Shown here one piece after another: positions 1-9,490 of a DNA stretch of 64,000 bases. This DNA is from Candidatus Cloacimonadota bacterium (GTDB taxonomy: Bacteria; Cloacimonadota; Cloacimonadia; G963667145): contig OY781092.1 of NCBI GenBank assembly GCA_963676615.1, positions 672,001 through 736,000 on the forward strand, read 5' to 3'. A program made the position numbers and the translations under genes. The notes below the pieces were generated by a model. The model ran no database searches and had not been told where the DNA came from. It saw nothing but the letters and a program-made list of their open reading frames with translations. How positions within the stretch are numbered: position 1 is the stretch's first letter; every line of letters starts with the position of its first letter.

Positions 1-1
1 A

Positions 2-736
2 ATTCCTCAGCTGAAAAAGATTTTGAGCAAGCACAATCTAAAACTTGTTGGCATAAATCAGCATTTGGGCAGCCATTTTATGAGCTGGTTTGAGTATATC
101 AACTCGGTGAATGTTGTCCTGAATATCGCCAAGGAGTTTGAAAATTTGCAGATAATTGACCTCGGTGGAGGCTTTGGCATCCCTTATCACAAGCAGGATG
201 GAGAGCAGCGCCTAAATCTTTCTGAACTGGGCAGCGAGCTTAACGCACGACTTGTGAGTTGGTCGAAAAAATATAACCGTGAGATTGAGTTTCGGGTTGA
301 ACCTGGGCGCTATATCGTGGCAGAATGCGGCGTGCTCTTGGGGACTGTTTTCACCAAAAAAGAGAACGATTATCGCAAATATGTGGGGACAAATCTTGGC
401 TTTAGCGTATTCAAACGAAAAGTGATGTATGATTCGTATCACGATGTGGAACTTTATCGCAAAGGCGAAGATATCGATTTGAAAGAGAAAGAAAAAGTTA
501 TTATCGTCGGAGACATTTGCGAGTCTGGCGATATCATCGCCTCAGACCGCTATCTGCCAAAAATCAAAGAGGGCGACATCATCGGCGTGATGGACGCAGG
601 CGCTTATGGCTACTGTATGGCGTGCAACTACAACAATCGCGTTCGCCCTGCCGAGGTGCTTATCGACTCCGACGGAAACGACCGCCTAATTCGCAAAAGG
701 GAAACATTTGAGGACTTGCTAAACTGTTTTGTGTAG
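2..736 (+). CDS. lysA: Diaminopimelate decarboxylase, 5'-truncated by window edge
   Basis: HLGS, DLGGGFG, EPGRYIV, GDICESGD, AGAYG and YNNR motifs; frame open back to position 2. Confidence 0.9.
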   Translation: MPQLKKILSKHNLKLVGINQHLGSHFMSWFEYINSVNVVLNIAKEFENLQIIDLGGGFGIPYHKQDGEQRLNLSELGSELNARLVSWSKKYNREIEFRVEPGRYIVAECGVLLGTVFTKKENDYRKYVGTNLGFSVFKRKVMYDSYHDVELYRKGEDIDLKEKEKVIIVGDICESGDIIASDRYLPKIKEGDIIGVMDAGAYGYCMACNYNNRVRPAEVLIDSDGNDRLIRKRETFEDLLNCFV

Positions 737-754
737 AAAAATAATTAGATTTGC

Positions 755-785
755 TTGACAAGTAGTTTTTTTGGGATGAGATAGT
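755..785 (+). promoter_or_regulatory. Putative sigma70-type promoter of the chitin cassette
   Basis: TTGACA at 755-760 in the lysA-ORF816 gap; -10 poorly defined; AGAGG ribosome-binding site before ATG 816. Confidence 0.5.
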
Positions 786-815
786 TGAAAAAGTTATTGA
801 AAATTAGAGGATTTT

Positions 816-2150
816 ATGAAAAAAGTATTTCTAATCTTGGTGTTTTTACCTATTTTTGGTGCTGGATTTGCGCAGTGGGAATTTAGCGGAAAAGCTTCTA
901 TAGAGGCAACTCTTTTTGATACTCAAAACGGTTCTACAAGTGAAAATAGTTACTTCTCGGCTGATAAAAATAATACTTGGTTCGTGTTGGGAGCCTCTAG
1001 AAAATTTTTGGATTTTAATGTTTTTAATTTCACAATAAATACAGACGATGAAGACGATCAGAACGGAAATGGCAAAGATTCAGAGTTTGAAATAAGCGTG
1101 GTTAGCAAGCCAAACAAAATCGTTGAAGTTGGTGTTGGCGGTTATTTGTCTAGCAAAAGCGACGACGATTTAAAGGTTGAAAATTCCAACAACGATTTGG
1201 TTTATGTGCGCTTCAACAAGTTGTTTAACGAAACATTTTCGATAGGATTTTACCCATTTGAAGTTTGCACTGGAATTGGTAACGAGTTTCAATCTACAGG
1301 AACTTTGGAGAATCCAGGATTAAATATTGAATACATTCCCATTGATGAAATCAGGTTTGCGCTGACTTTGAACTCCAAAAATTATGTAAGCGACAAAAGT
1401 GTGGAGTTGGACGGAGAGTACCAAAGAAAGGCTATTTTCGGGATGATGAGCGAACTGTCATATAAGGACGAATTTTTCTTTTTTTTAACCCAATACTATA
1501 TGGACACTCAAGGAGACCAGTCTGATAAAGTTTTCACAAATCCAGATAATGCAGATGCGATAAACCCGCTAAAGGCTGCTTTAAGTGTGCAATCTGCTTT
1601 GACTTATGGTCGTTTCACTTTTTCGTCTGAGCTTTATTTGTCGAAGCTAAACAAAGCTTTTTTGTGGAACAATTCCGAAGACGAGGTCAGAAGTTACACA
1701 ATTGAGGAGCGAGATATTTCGGAAAAAGAGTTAACAAAAACTTCTGGAATGGCAGTTTATGCAAAGATTGAAGCCGATTTGGGAGAACTAGGAGTGTTCG
1801 AAAAATCTTCGGTTTACACATCTGGGAAAATGTTTGGCGAGTATTTATACGACGACGGAGACGGAGTTCAATTTAGCGAAAAGACGACACAAGATTTAGA
1901 GGCTATGGGAGTGAACGAAACCCTTTTGACTGGCAACTATATTCCCGGTGGTCACGCTTATAATCAATATAGCGTAGGGTTAAATTTGGGCATTAAAGGC
2001 GTCTTGATAAATCCAGAACTATCTTTTTTAATGGCAGAGAACAAAATTTTTGAAGATGGAGACAAAACAACTTTGGTGGACGAGGTTACCAAACAAGCAT
2101 ATACAAACACTGCAATCGAAGCCAAAACAACCGTTTCGTATCAGTTTTAG
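816..2150 (+). CDS. Putative outer-membrane beta-barrel protein, unknown family
   Basis: Signal peptide (MKK, hydrophobic core, AGFA), alternating amphipathic strands, C-terminal TVSYQF ending in Phe. Confidence 0.65.
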   Translation: MKKVFLILVFLPIFGAGFAQWEFSGKASIEATLFDTQNGSTSENSYFSADKNNTWFVLGASRKFLDFNVFNFTINTDDEDDQNGNGKDSEFEISVVSKPNKIVEVGVGGYLSSKSDDDLKVENSNNDLVYVRFNKLFNETFSIGFYPFEVCTGIGNEFQSTGTLENPGLNIEYIPIDEIRFALTLNSKNYVSDKSVELDGEYQRKAIFGMMSELSYKDEFFFFLTQYYMDTQGDQSDKVFTNPDNADAINPLKAALSVQSALTYGRFTFSSELYLSKLNKAFLWNNSEDEVRSYTIEERDISEKELTKTSGMAVYAKIEADLGELGVFEKSSVYTSGKMFGEYLYDDGDGVQFSEKTTQDLEAMGVNETLLTGNYIPGGHAYNQYSVGLNLGIKGVLINPELSFLMAENKIFEDGDKTTLVDEVTKQAYTNTAIEAKTTVSYQF

Positions 2151-2167
2151 TAAACCAAGGGTATTGG

Positions 2168-3676
2168 ATGAAAAAAGCGTTTTTTTTATTGTATATTTTT
2201 GTGATAGCTGGCTGCATTTTTGATGCTGATGAAGCAAGCGAAAGCTCTACATCGTCGGGCAGCCAAAATCCCAAGCTGGTTATGGCATACTACGAGAATT
2301 GGCGCCAATACAGGGAGTCTGTTTCTGGCGAGAAAAGACCGTCTATGGGCTATTACACTCCTTCTGATATCCCTTGGTCGAAGCTCGACTATGTTTTCTA
2401 CGCTTTTGGAGATATAAGAGCTTACACCGATTCTTCGTATTCAAACAAAGCTTCTGGAGAGCTAATTCGGATTTTAGACAAATATCAGGGAAGTCGCTAC
2501 AAATCTATCGAAAAAGTTGTCTGGGAAAATCAATCTTATTTTAGCACAGAGACAAACAGAAAAGTGCTAGACGCTGTCAAAGGATTTGCACTTATGCCTG
2601 GAGTGGACGGAGAAAGCAGTCCTGAGGAAGATTATGGAACGAAAGACATATACGATTTTCTCGAAAACGCAGAAACTAACGGGGTTAAGCCGATTATTTC
2701 GGTGGGTGGATGGAATTTTAATGATGTAAATGTAAACTCCAATGGGAATCATTGGCCGACAAACGAGGATCTCACAAAACTGTCTGGCTCTTATGGACAC
2801 CACACGGCTTGGATATTTACAACTATGTGTTCCAAGTCTAAATTTCGCAAATCTTTTGTCGAGTCGGTTGTTCACTTTTTGGACACCGTTAAAACCAGCA
2901 GTGGTTATGGTTTTTGTGGGATAGATTTTGACTGGGAATATCCAGGTTTACCAGCGTTTAACAAAAACTACGATGGCTCAAATTCGTATTATGACGACTT
3001 GAATAACTTTGCAAAACTTATCACGGAACTGCGATCTGCTCTGCCAGAAGATATAATCATCACTGCTTCTGTGCCGTCAGACGCTTATAACAAAGCCGTT
3101 GGTTACTACTGGCCGACGATGGTTAAAAACTTGGATTGGATTAACTTGATGTGCTACGACTATTATGGCTTTGCAAACGAAAAAGTTTTGCTGCCGAACG
3201 CTCCTCTTTTTGTCAGCGACCCAACAAAATTGTCGGTAAACAAAACCGTTAAACAGTATGAAGATTTAGGTGTCCCCTTGTCAAAAATGATGCTCGGCTT
3301 AGCTACTTATGGCAGAGGCTGGAAAAACATTAAAGGAGATTACGAAATTGGCTATGAAATTTCTCCATCTCCCTTGGTTTGTAACGCAGGACCTATTGGG
3401 CAAGAATCTGGATTTTTAGCCTACCAAACCATTTATAATAGAATTGCAAGCGGAGCCTATACTGAGTATTGGGATAGTGCCACTCGCACCAACTACGCTC
3501 GCGGAGGACAAGACAACGACTTTATAGTTTACGACTCCCCCAGAGCGCTTTTGGAGAAAATAAACTATGTAAAGAGCTTAAATATGAAAGGCGGAATTAT
3601 CTGGTCTTTGAACGACGACGCCTATCAGAACGGCTCTCCGCTCACAAAATTTATTTCAGACGAATTGAGAAAATGA
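2168..3676 (+). CDS. GH18 chitinase, lipoprotein
   Basis: Lipobox IAGC, Ser-rich linker, YYENW, SVGGW, catalytic GIDFDWEYP (DxDxE), MCYD, GLATYGR, IWSL. Confidence 0.92.
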   Translation: MKKAFFLLYIFVIAGCIFDADEASESSTSSGSQNPKLVMAYYENWRQYRESVSGEKRPSMGYYTPSDIPWSKLDYVFYAFGDIRAYTDSSYSNKASGELIRILDKYQGSRYKSIEKVVWENQSYFSTETNRKVLDAVKGFALMPGVDGESSPEEDYGTKDIYDFLENAETNGVKPIISVGGWNFNDVNVNSNGNHWPTNEDLTKLSGSYGHHTAWIFTTMCSKSKFRKSFVESVVHFLDTVKTSSGYGFCGIDFDWEYPGLPAFNKNYDGSNSYYDDLNNFAKLITELRSALPEDIIITASVPSDAYNKAVGYYWPTMVKNLDWINLMCYDYYGFANEKVLLPNAPLFVSDPTKLSVNKTVKQYEDLGVPLSKMMLGLATYGRGWKNIKGDYEIGYEISPSPLVCNAGPIGQESGFLAYQTIYNRIASGAYTEYWDSATRTNYARGGQDNDFIVYDSPRALLEKINYVKSLNMKGGIIWSLNDDAYQNGSPLTKFISDELRK

Positions 3677-5739
3677 GAAGATATAAAAAGATTGTTTTTC
3701 TTTTTTCTTTTTTTCTGCTATCGTGCCTCCCTAGCGTTTCAGACAATTCTGTCAGTGACTCTGACAACTCTAACTCTTCGAACTTAGCTTTTTCGTTCTC
3801 GAATATCAAAACTAAATTCACTGTAAAGAATGGTGATACCTTAAACTATCAATTTGAAACAAATCGACCCTATGCGACTTTTAGGATTGCCAGTGGAGAC
3901 TTACCCCCAGGAATAACATTGGATATTTATGGGCTTCTTTCGGGAGTCGCTCAGACAGATATGGGCTGCAAATTTGAAATAGAAGCGGTGTATGAAGACG
4001 AAAAAATCTTATCAGGAGCGCTTCAGATTAACAATTTGTGTTTTTACTTTAGAAATAACACGACCAGTTTGTTTAACTACCATTTTGGTGGAGCTTCAAA
4101 TAAAATAAGCTTAGAAAGTGGAGAGTTGCCACAAGGGATTGTCTTAAAAGATAACGGCGATTTCAGCGGGGTTTTTAGCGTTGATGAGGTCTCTCCCGGT
4201 TATAAGTCTTTCCCAATCTCTTTAGTTTCTAGCGGGTCTGGAGCCGCTAGCAAAGAAACCATAATTTTGTATGTAGTTTGCGAATATTCTGCGTCTTATC
4301 CGTGGCCAGCGCCACCCGTGTCTTTGTGTAGCGATAATTACAAAATTTGGATAGCCAAAGACACTGTGTGGAGTTTTGCGGCTGTTAACAAGCCAGGTCG
4401 ATCATCTTCTTGGGAGTTTTTTACTGAACCAGAACCGACTACAACTCCCCCGTTCAAAAATCTGTCTGACACTATTTTTTTTACTTCGGGAACATTAAGC
4501 GAATTTACTTTTGTCCCAACAATAACAGGCAGCCAAATCTCTTTGGAAAGTGGAGCTTTGCCAGAGGGTCTTTGGTTGGAGACCAGTGGGGAAATTAAAG
4601 GGAAAATAGAAAATGAGATAACAACCTCGACAGCTTTGAGAGCAGATTTTTTCACTGCAGAGGTGCAAGCGACGAATATTTTTGAGCAAACTAGCCAGAC
4701 AATCACAGTTGCTGTTTTGGAAGAGTACGCCGCCGATTTTCCTTGGCCAATGCCCCAAAACGGGCTTTGCTCATATAACGACAAAGTTTATAAAGCCAAA
4801 GAGAGTGTTGCCGAGCACAGTTCAACCAGAACACCAGATGTTGACACAGATAATTGGGTTTTCGTCGCAAATATCGCCACTTCCAAAAAACTAGCTTTTG
4901 CGAATGTTGTTTACAATCTCTATTTTAAAAACAATTCTGAGAGTAATTTTAAATTTATAAGCAATTTACCAGAAAGTCAAATTCAAGTGATTGCGGGCAG
5001 TCTTCTTGACGGAACTTCGATAAGTAACGACTCTTTAGTAGGCAATATCGATTACGCTGAGCTAAACAATGGCTTTGCGTCTGAAAAAGCGACGCTGCAA
5101 GTAGCGGCAGGAAACGAAAAAATTAGCCAGGAAGTCACTTTTTTTGCGCTAGCCGATTTTGAGCAAAACTACAATTTTCCCGCTTCTGTAGGAGCATATT
5201 GTTATTATGGAGAAAAAGCTTACAAAGCCATCGCTGCAGTTTCTTCCAGCAGTCAAAAACCAGGAGTAGATCCAGCGTGGCAAGAGATGGGAGATCTGGC
5301 GGATTGTAAAATCAACGCTTTTGGTAGTCTTCCCAATCAGCTGTTTTTTTTAAGTGAAACACCAATTACCTATAAATTTAATCCGACAACTAAGGGTAGC
5401 GAAGTCACTTTAAAAGCTGGAGCTATCCCCAACGGAGTGACTTTGGACGAACTAGGAAATTTAACAGGAGCTTTTACTGTTTCCCAAAATTGGAACGAAA
5501 ATTTCCCAATTGAAATCGAAGCGGTAAAAAATAGCGTAGTTCGCGGCTCTGGAACAACTTCTTTGATTTTTGTAAAGACTTTCGTTGTCAGCTCAGGCGT
5601 TAGTTTTGCCATAAACAATTATTGTTATTATGAAGATAAAGTCTGGAGAGCTTTAGCTCCTGGCAACACAAATATCCCAATTCATGAACCTGGAAAAGAC
5701 GATAAGATTTGGGAAGCAGTAGGAGTTATTTCCAACTAA
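3673..5739 (+). CDS. Surface lipoprotein with five putative Ig (He_PIG-like) repeats and four CBM5/12-like modules
   Basis: Lipobox LLSC; repeated SG-x-LP-x-G-x-x-L-x3-G Ig motif; repeated C-x-Y-x-x-K-x-[YW]-x-A...P-G...W motif; ATGA overlap with chitinase stop. Confidence 0.75.
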   Translation: MRRYKKIVFLFSFFLLSCLPSVSDNSVSDSDNSNSSNLAFSFSNIKTKFTVKNGDTLNYQFETNRPYATFRIASGDLPPGITLDIYGLLSGVAQTDMGCKFEIEAVYEDEKILSGALQINNLCFYFRNNTTSLFNYHFGGASNKISLESGELPQGIVLKDNGDFSGVFSVDEVSPGYKSFPISLVSSGSGAASKETIILYVVCEYSASYPWPAPPVSLCSDNYKIWIAKDTVWSFAAVNKPGRSSSWEFFTEPEPTTTPPFKNLSDTIFFTSGTLSEFTFVPTITGSQISLESGALPEGLWLETSGEIKGKIENEITTSTALRADFFTAEVQATNIFEQTSQTITVAVLEEYAADFPWPMPQNGLCSYNDKVYKAKESVAEHSSTRTPDVDTDNWVFVANIATSKKLAFANVVYNLYFKNNSESNFKFISNLPESQIQVIAGSLLDGTSISNDSLVGNIDYAELNNGFASEKATLQVAAGNEKISQEVTFFALADFEQNYNFPASVGAYCYYGEKAYKAIAAVSSSSQKPGVDPAWQEMGDLADCKINAFGSLPNQLFFLSETPITYKFNPTTKGSEVTLKAGAIPNGVTLDELGNLTGAFTVSQNWNENFPIEIEAVKNSVVRGSGTTSLIFVKTFVVSSGVSFAINNYCYYEDKVWRALAPGNTNIPIHEPGKDDKIWEAVGVISN

Positions 5740-6273
5740 ATGAATCCCATAAAAATCGCTCTCACCCATATCCCCCAAAATTTATGGCAAATATTTTTTG
5801 TCCATTCGGTTTTGGTTACCCAATTTTCTTTGCAAATTGCAGATAAAATGGGCTTGGACGAGCAGACGAAAAAGTTCATCGAAGAAGCGGCGATGCTGCA
5901 CGATATCGGTATCGGTGAAGTTAGTATGAACAAAGAAAATCCACAAAACAAACCGCCCTATATTCAGCACGGACTTTTTGGACAAAAAATTTTGGAAGAG
6001 CTTGGCTATCCAGCTCACGCTGCCGTTTGCCGCAACCATATAGGCGTTGGACTTAGCAAAGAGATTATCTTGCGAAATAAGCTACCTTTGCCGTGCGAGG
6101 ATATGATGCCTTGCACTTTGCCAGAGGAGATAATCACCTATGCCGACCTCTTTTTTAGCAAAAGCGATATTTACTACAAACGAACTTTTGCCGAAGTCGA
6201 AGCGAAAATCGGAACTTACGGAGGAGATCAGCTAGAAAAACTGCGAGAATTGCACAAAAAATTTGGCGAATAA
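5740..6273 (+). CDS. HD-domain (HDIG) metal-dependent phosphohydrolase
   Basis: HS...LHDIG...HG...H...YAD motifs. Confidence 0.85.
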   Translation: MNPIKIALTHIPQNLWQIFFVHSVLVTQFSLQIADKMGLDEQTKKFIEEAAMLHDIGIGEVSMNKENPQNKPPYIQHGLFGQKILEELGYPAHAAVCRNHIGVGLSKEIILRNKLPLPCEDMMPCTLPEEIITYADLFFSKSDIYYKRTFAEVEAKIGTYGGDQLEKLRELHKKFGE

Positions 6274-6287
6274 ATTTTTCTCCCAAT

Positions 6288-6329
6288 AAAAAATCCCCTA
6301 CTTTTTTTTAAAGCAAGGGATTTCTTTTT
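6288..6329. terminator. Probable bidirectional intrinsic terminator between convergent HD gene and fusA
   Basis: AAATCCC...GGGATTT inverted repeat flanked by A and T tracts. Confidence 0.55.
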
Positions 6330-6342
6330 ATTAACAAATCTG

Positions 6343-8424
6343 CTATTTTTTGCGCTCTTCTCTATTTTTTTGAATCTCTTCCAAAATCTCTTCTTCCAAG
6401 TTCTTCGGAACTTTTTCGTAGCGATCAAACTCGATAGAAAGCTCGGCTTTGCCCTGTGTGTTTGACCTCAGAGCTGTTCCGTATCCAAAAATCTCCGACA
6501 AAGGAATCTCGCCAGTAACAATCGCCAAATGCTCCTCGTCTCTAGTCTCCAGCACTGTTCCACGCCTTTGGTTGATACTCGTGAGCACCGCTCCACGAAA
6601 CTCCGCAGGAACATCAATCGAAACTTTCATCATCGGCTCCAAAATCGCAGGAACGGCTTTGCGGTAATTCTCTCTGATGCACGCCTTGGTCGCCAGCTCA
6701 AAAGCCAATTGCGAAGAGTCAACTGGGTGAAAATCGCCGTCGTTGATGAGCATTTTGATGCCCACAGCTGGGAAGCCAGTGTGATAACCCTCTTGCATCA
6801 TCGCATCAAAACCTTTCTCGCAACCAGGGAAATAGTTCGATGGAATAGCGCCACCTTTGATGTCGGTCTCGAAAATATTTTCGTCCGAACCGCTAGGCGA
6901 CAAAACCCCCATAATTTTAGCGTATTGACCGCGTCCACCAGACTGTTTTTTGTGAACATATTCGAATGGAGTCTCTTTGGAAATCGTCTCTCTATAAGCA
7001 ACTTGCGGCTTGCCGACCTCCAGGTCAACATTGTATTCGCGCCTCATTCTCTCGATATACACATCCAAATGCAGCTCGCCAATTCCTTGGATAATCGTTT
7101 CCGAAGTCTCCTCATCCAAATAAGATTTAAAAGTCAAATCCTCTTTGGTAAACCTGTTCAACGCCTTCGCCATATTGGTTTGGCTTTTGTTATCCTTCGG
7201 CTTAATCGACAAAGAAATAATCGGCTCTGGAATGTGCGACGAGCGAAGATGATAGTGGATAGAAGGGTCGGTAAAAGTGTCGCCCAAAGCGCAGTCAACG
7301 CCAAAAATAGCGCCGATATCGCCAGCCTTCAACTCATTCAGCTCCATCATCTCATCCGAGTGCATTTTCGCTAAACGACCGATTTTCACCTTTTTTCTAG
7401 TTCTATTGTTAATCAGCTCATCGCCTTTTTTGATAGCGCCCTGATACAATCTGATATAAGTCAGCTGACCGTATTGTTGATTTTCCAACTTAAAAGCGTA
7501 GGCAACGGCAGGGTCTGTATCTTTCATACTCATAATCACAGGAGCGTCGTCGTTATCCGCGTCAAAGCCTTCGTTTTCAATCTCCGTCGGATTTGGCAAG
7601 TAGGCGTCAATCGCATCCAAAAGAGGTTGCACGCCTTTATTTTTGAAAGCTGAACCCATAAAAACTGGAGTTATTTGATCGGCAATAACGCCAATTCTAA
7701 CAACTTTTTTTATCAAATCGGGAGTCTCGTTTCCTTCCAAAATCGCCTCGGCAAGCTCATCGTCAATCATCGAAAGCTCATCCAGCATTTTTTCACGATA
7801 CTCCGAAGCTTGCGCTTGCAAACCGGCAGGAATTTCCTCGTAACGAAGCTTCTCGCCGCTATCGCCGTCGAAATAGATAGCTTTCATCTCCACCAAATCG
7901 ACAACACCTTCGAAGCCATCCTCTTTGCCAACAGGAATTTGCATCATCACGGCGTTTCTGCCCAGCTTTTCGCAAAGCATATCGGTCACTTTGAAAGGAT
8001 TTGCGCCAGTTCTGTCTAACTTGTTGATAAAAGCCAAGTTAGGAACATTATTTCGAGACAATTGCCTATCTACGGTGAAAGATTGCGACTGCACGCCACC
8101 AACACCACAAAGCACCAAAACAGCACCGTCGAGCACCCGCAGAGCGTTTTCCACCTCTACGGTAAAGTCAACATGTCCAGGCGTGTCGATAATGTTGATG
8201 TCGGTCTTGCCCCAATTAACATAAGTCGCTGCAGAAGCAATAGTTATGCCTCTTTCTTTTTCCAACTCCATCGAGTCCATTTTGGCACCAACGCCGTCTT
8301 TGCCTCTCACCTCAGAAATCTTGTGTATCTTATTGCAATAAAACAAAATCCGTTCTGTGAGCGTGGTTTTTCCCGAATCGATGTGGGCGCTAATTCCTAT
8401 ATTTCTCGTCTTTTCTAAGTTCAT
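6343..8424 (-). CDS. fusA: Elongation factor G (spirochaete/mitochondrial EF-G1-like)
   Basis: [29 protein letters not shown]; start placed at ATG of [10 protein letters not shown]. Confidence 0.95.
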   Translation of the reverse strand: MNLEKTRNIGISAHIDSGKTTLTERILFYCNKIHKISEVRGKDGVGAKMDSMELEKERGITIASAATYVNWGKTDINIIDTPGHVDFTVEVENALRVLDGAVLVLCGVGGVQSQSFTVDRQLSRNNVPNLAFINKLDRTGANPFKVTDMLCEKLGRNAVMMQIPVGKEDGFEGVVDLVEMKAIYFDGDSGEKLRYEEIPAGLQAQASEYREKMLDELSMIDDELAEAILEGNETPDLIKKVVRIGVIADQITPVFMGSAFKNKGVQPLLDAIDAYLPNPTEIENEGFDADNDDAPVIMSMKDTDPAVAYAFKLENQQYGQLTYIRLYQGAIKKGDELINNRTRKKVKIGRLAKMHSDEMMELNELKAGDIGAIFGVDCALGDTFTDPSIHYHLRSSHIPEPIISLSIKPKDNKSQTNMAKALNRFTKEDLTFKSYLDEETSETIIQGIGELHLDVYIERMRREYNVDLEVGKPQVAYRETISKETPFEYVHKKQSGGRGQYAKIMGVLSPSGSDENIFETDIKGGAIPSNYFPGCEKGFDAMMQEGYHTGFPAVGIKMLINDGDFHPVDSSQLAFELATKACIRENYRKAVPAILEPMMKVSIDVPAEFRGAVLTSINQRRGTVLETRDEEHLAIVTGEIPLSEIFGYGTALRSNTQGKAELSIEFDRYEKVPKNLEEEILEEIQKNREERKK

Positions 8425-8526
8425 ATCCCTAACATTTCCTTTTAAAATCTTATTCTTTAGGAGCAAATCTTTTTTTGTAGTCGCAAAAGTCAAGACAAAT
8501 TCTTCATTTATTTGACTTTGCGCATC

Positions 8527-9372
8527 TTAAACAGCCGTCCTTTTTTGTGGCAAAATCGCCCCAAATTTAAGAGCGTTTGTCGGGCAAATTTTTAGGCAAT
8601 CGCCACAACGAATACATTCCAAATCTTGCTGGTTTTTACGAATATTTATCTCCATTTTGCAAGTTTTTTCGCATTTTCCGCAATCGACGCACAAATCTTT
8701 GTCAAATCGTATCTGCAAAAACGAAAACTTGTTGCTTATCGAATATAAAGCTCCCAGCGGGCAAATTGTTCGGCAAAAAAATCGATAGTGAATAACGCTG
8801 AAACCAGAAATGAACACAAAAAATGTCAGCTTGATGTAAAAAGCCACGCCGATTAAACTTTGCAGCGACGGGAAAAGCAGCAAAACAGGAACGCCTGCTT
8901 CCAAAAATCCAGCAGGACAAATAACCTTGCAAAAAGCGGGCTGCCCGATGCCGAACTCGTTATGCACAAAAGTCGGCAAAACAATCACGAAAATCAAAAG
9001 CACCAAGTATTTTGCGTAGCGCAAAGGTTTATAAAGCCGTTTTTTTGCCAGCGGAATCTTGTAAACCAGCTCTTGATAAAGCCCAAAAGGACAAATCCAG
9101 CCGCAAATGAACCTGCCGGCAATCGCGCCAAATAGCAAAACAAAGCCGCTAGCGTAAAAGCTAAAATTGTAGCGCAAGCTCGTAACAACAGATTGAAAAG
9201 CCCCTATCGGACAAGAGCCAATCGCCGCAGGGCAGCTGTAGCAGTTGAGTCCTGGCACGCAAATATTTTTGATTTCGCCTTTGTAAATCGTCCTTTTCCA
9301 AAATCCAGCCAAGTAGATGTTTTGCAAAAAAGCGAAAACGACCTGAAAAAACTTTCGGCTAGCTCGCACCAA
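8527..9372 (-). CDS. Membrane 4Fe-4S binding protein (NapH/MauN-like polyferredoxin)
   Basis: CVPGLNCYSCP, three CxxxCP motifs, two CxxCxxCxxxC motifs, TM helices. Confidence 0.85.
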   Translation of the reverse strand: MVRASRKFFQVVFAFLQNIYLAGFWKRTIYKGEIKNICVPGLNCYSCPAAIGSCPIGAFQSVVTSLRYNFSFYASGFVLLFGAIAGRFICGWICPFGLYQELVYKIPLAKKRLYKPLRYAKYLVLLIFVIVLPTFVHNEFGIGQPAFCKVICPAGFLEAGVPVLLLFPSLQSLIGVAFYIKLTFFVFISGFSVIHYRFFCRTICPLGALYSISNKFSFLQIRFDKDLCVDCGKCEKTCKMEINIRKNQQDLECIRCGDCLKICPTNALKFGAILPQKRTAV

Positions 9373-9487
9373 TGCACTCCAAACAGATGTTTACCGCTTT
9401 TATGAAAATCGTTTTTTGTTCTCCGCGAAAAAGCCCAAACCAAATCATAAAAAAAGCCAAAGCCAAAAAAAACAAGCTTTTTTTCAT
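9359..9487 (-). CDS. 42-aa CXXC membrane peptide (CD1871A-family-like); not in ORF track
   Basis: Hand translation MKKSLFFLALAFFMIWFGLFRGEQKTIFIKAVNICLECIGAS*; lies between redoxin and 4Fe-4S genes. Confidence 0.8.
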   Translation of the reverse strand: MKKSLFFLALAFFMIWFGLFRGEQKTIFIKAVNICLECIGAS

Positions 9488-9490
9488 CGC

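Noticed and set aside
6529..7374. Long antisense ORFs (also 27447-28508, 37782-38519, 43855-44598, 46432-47214, 47208-48158, 54945-55898, 55924-56889)
   Set aside because: Shadow frames opposite well-conserved genes, with no motifs or ribosome-binding sites.
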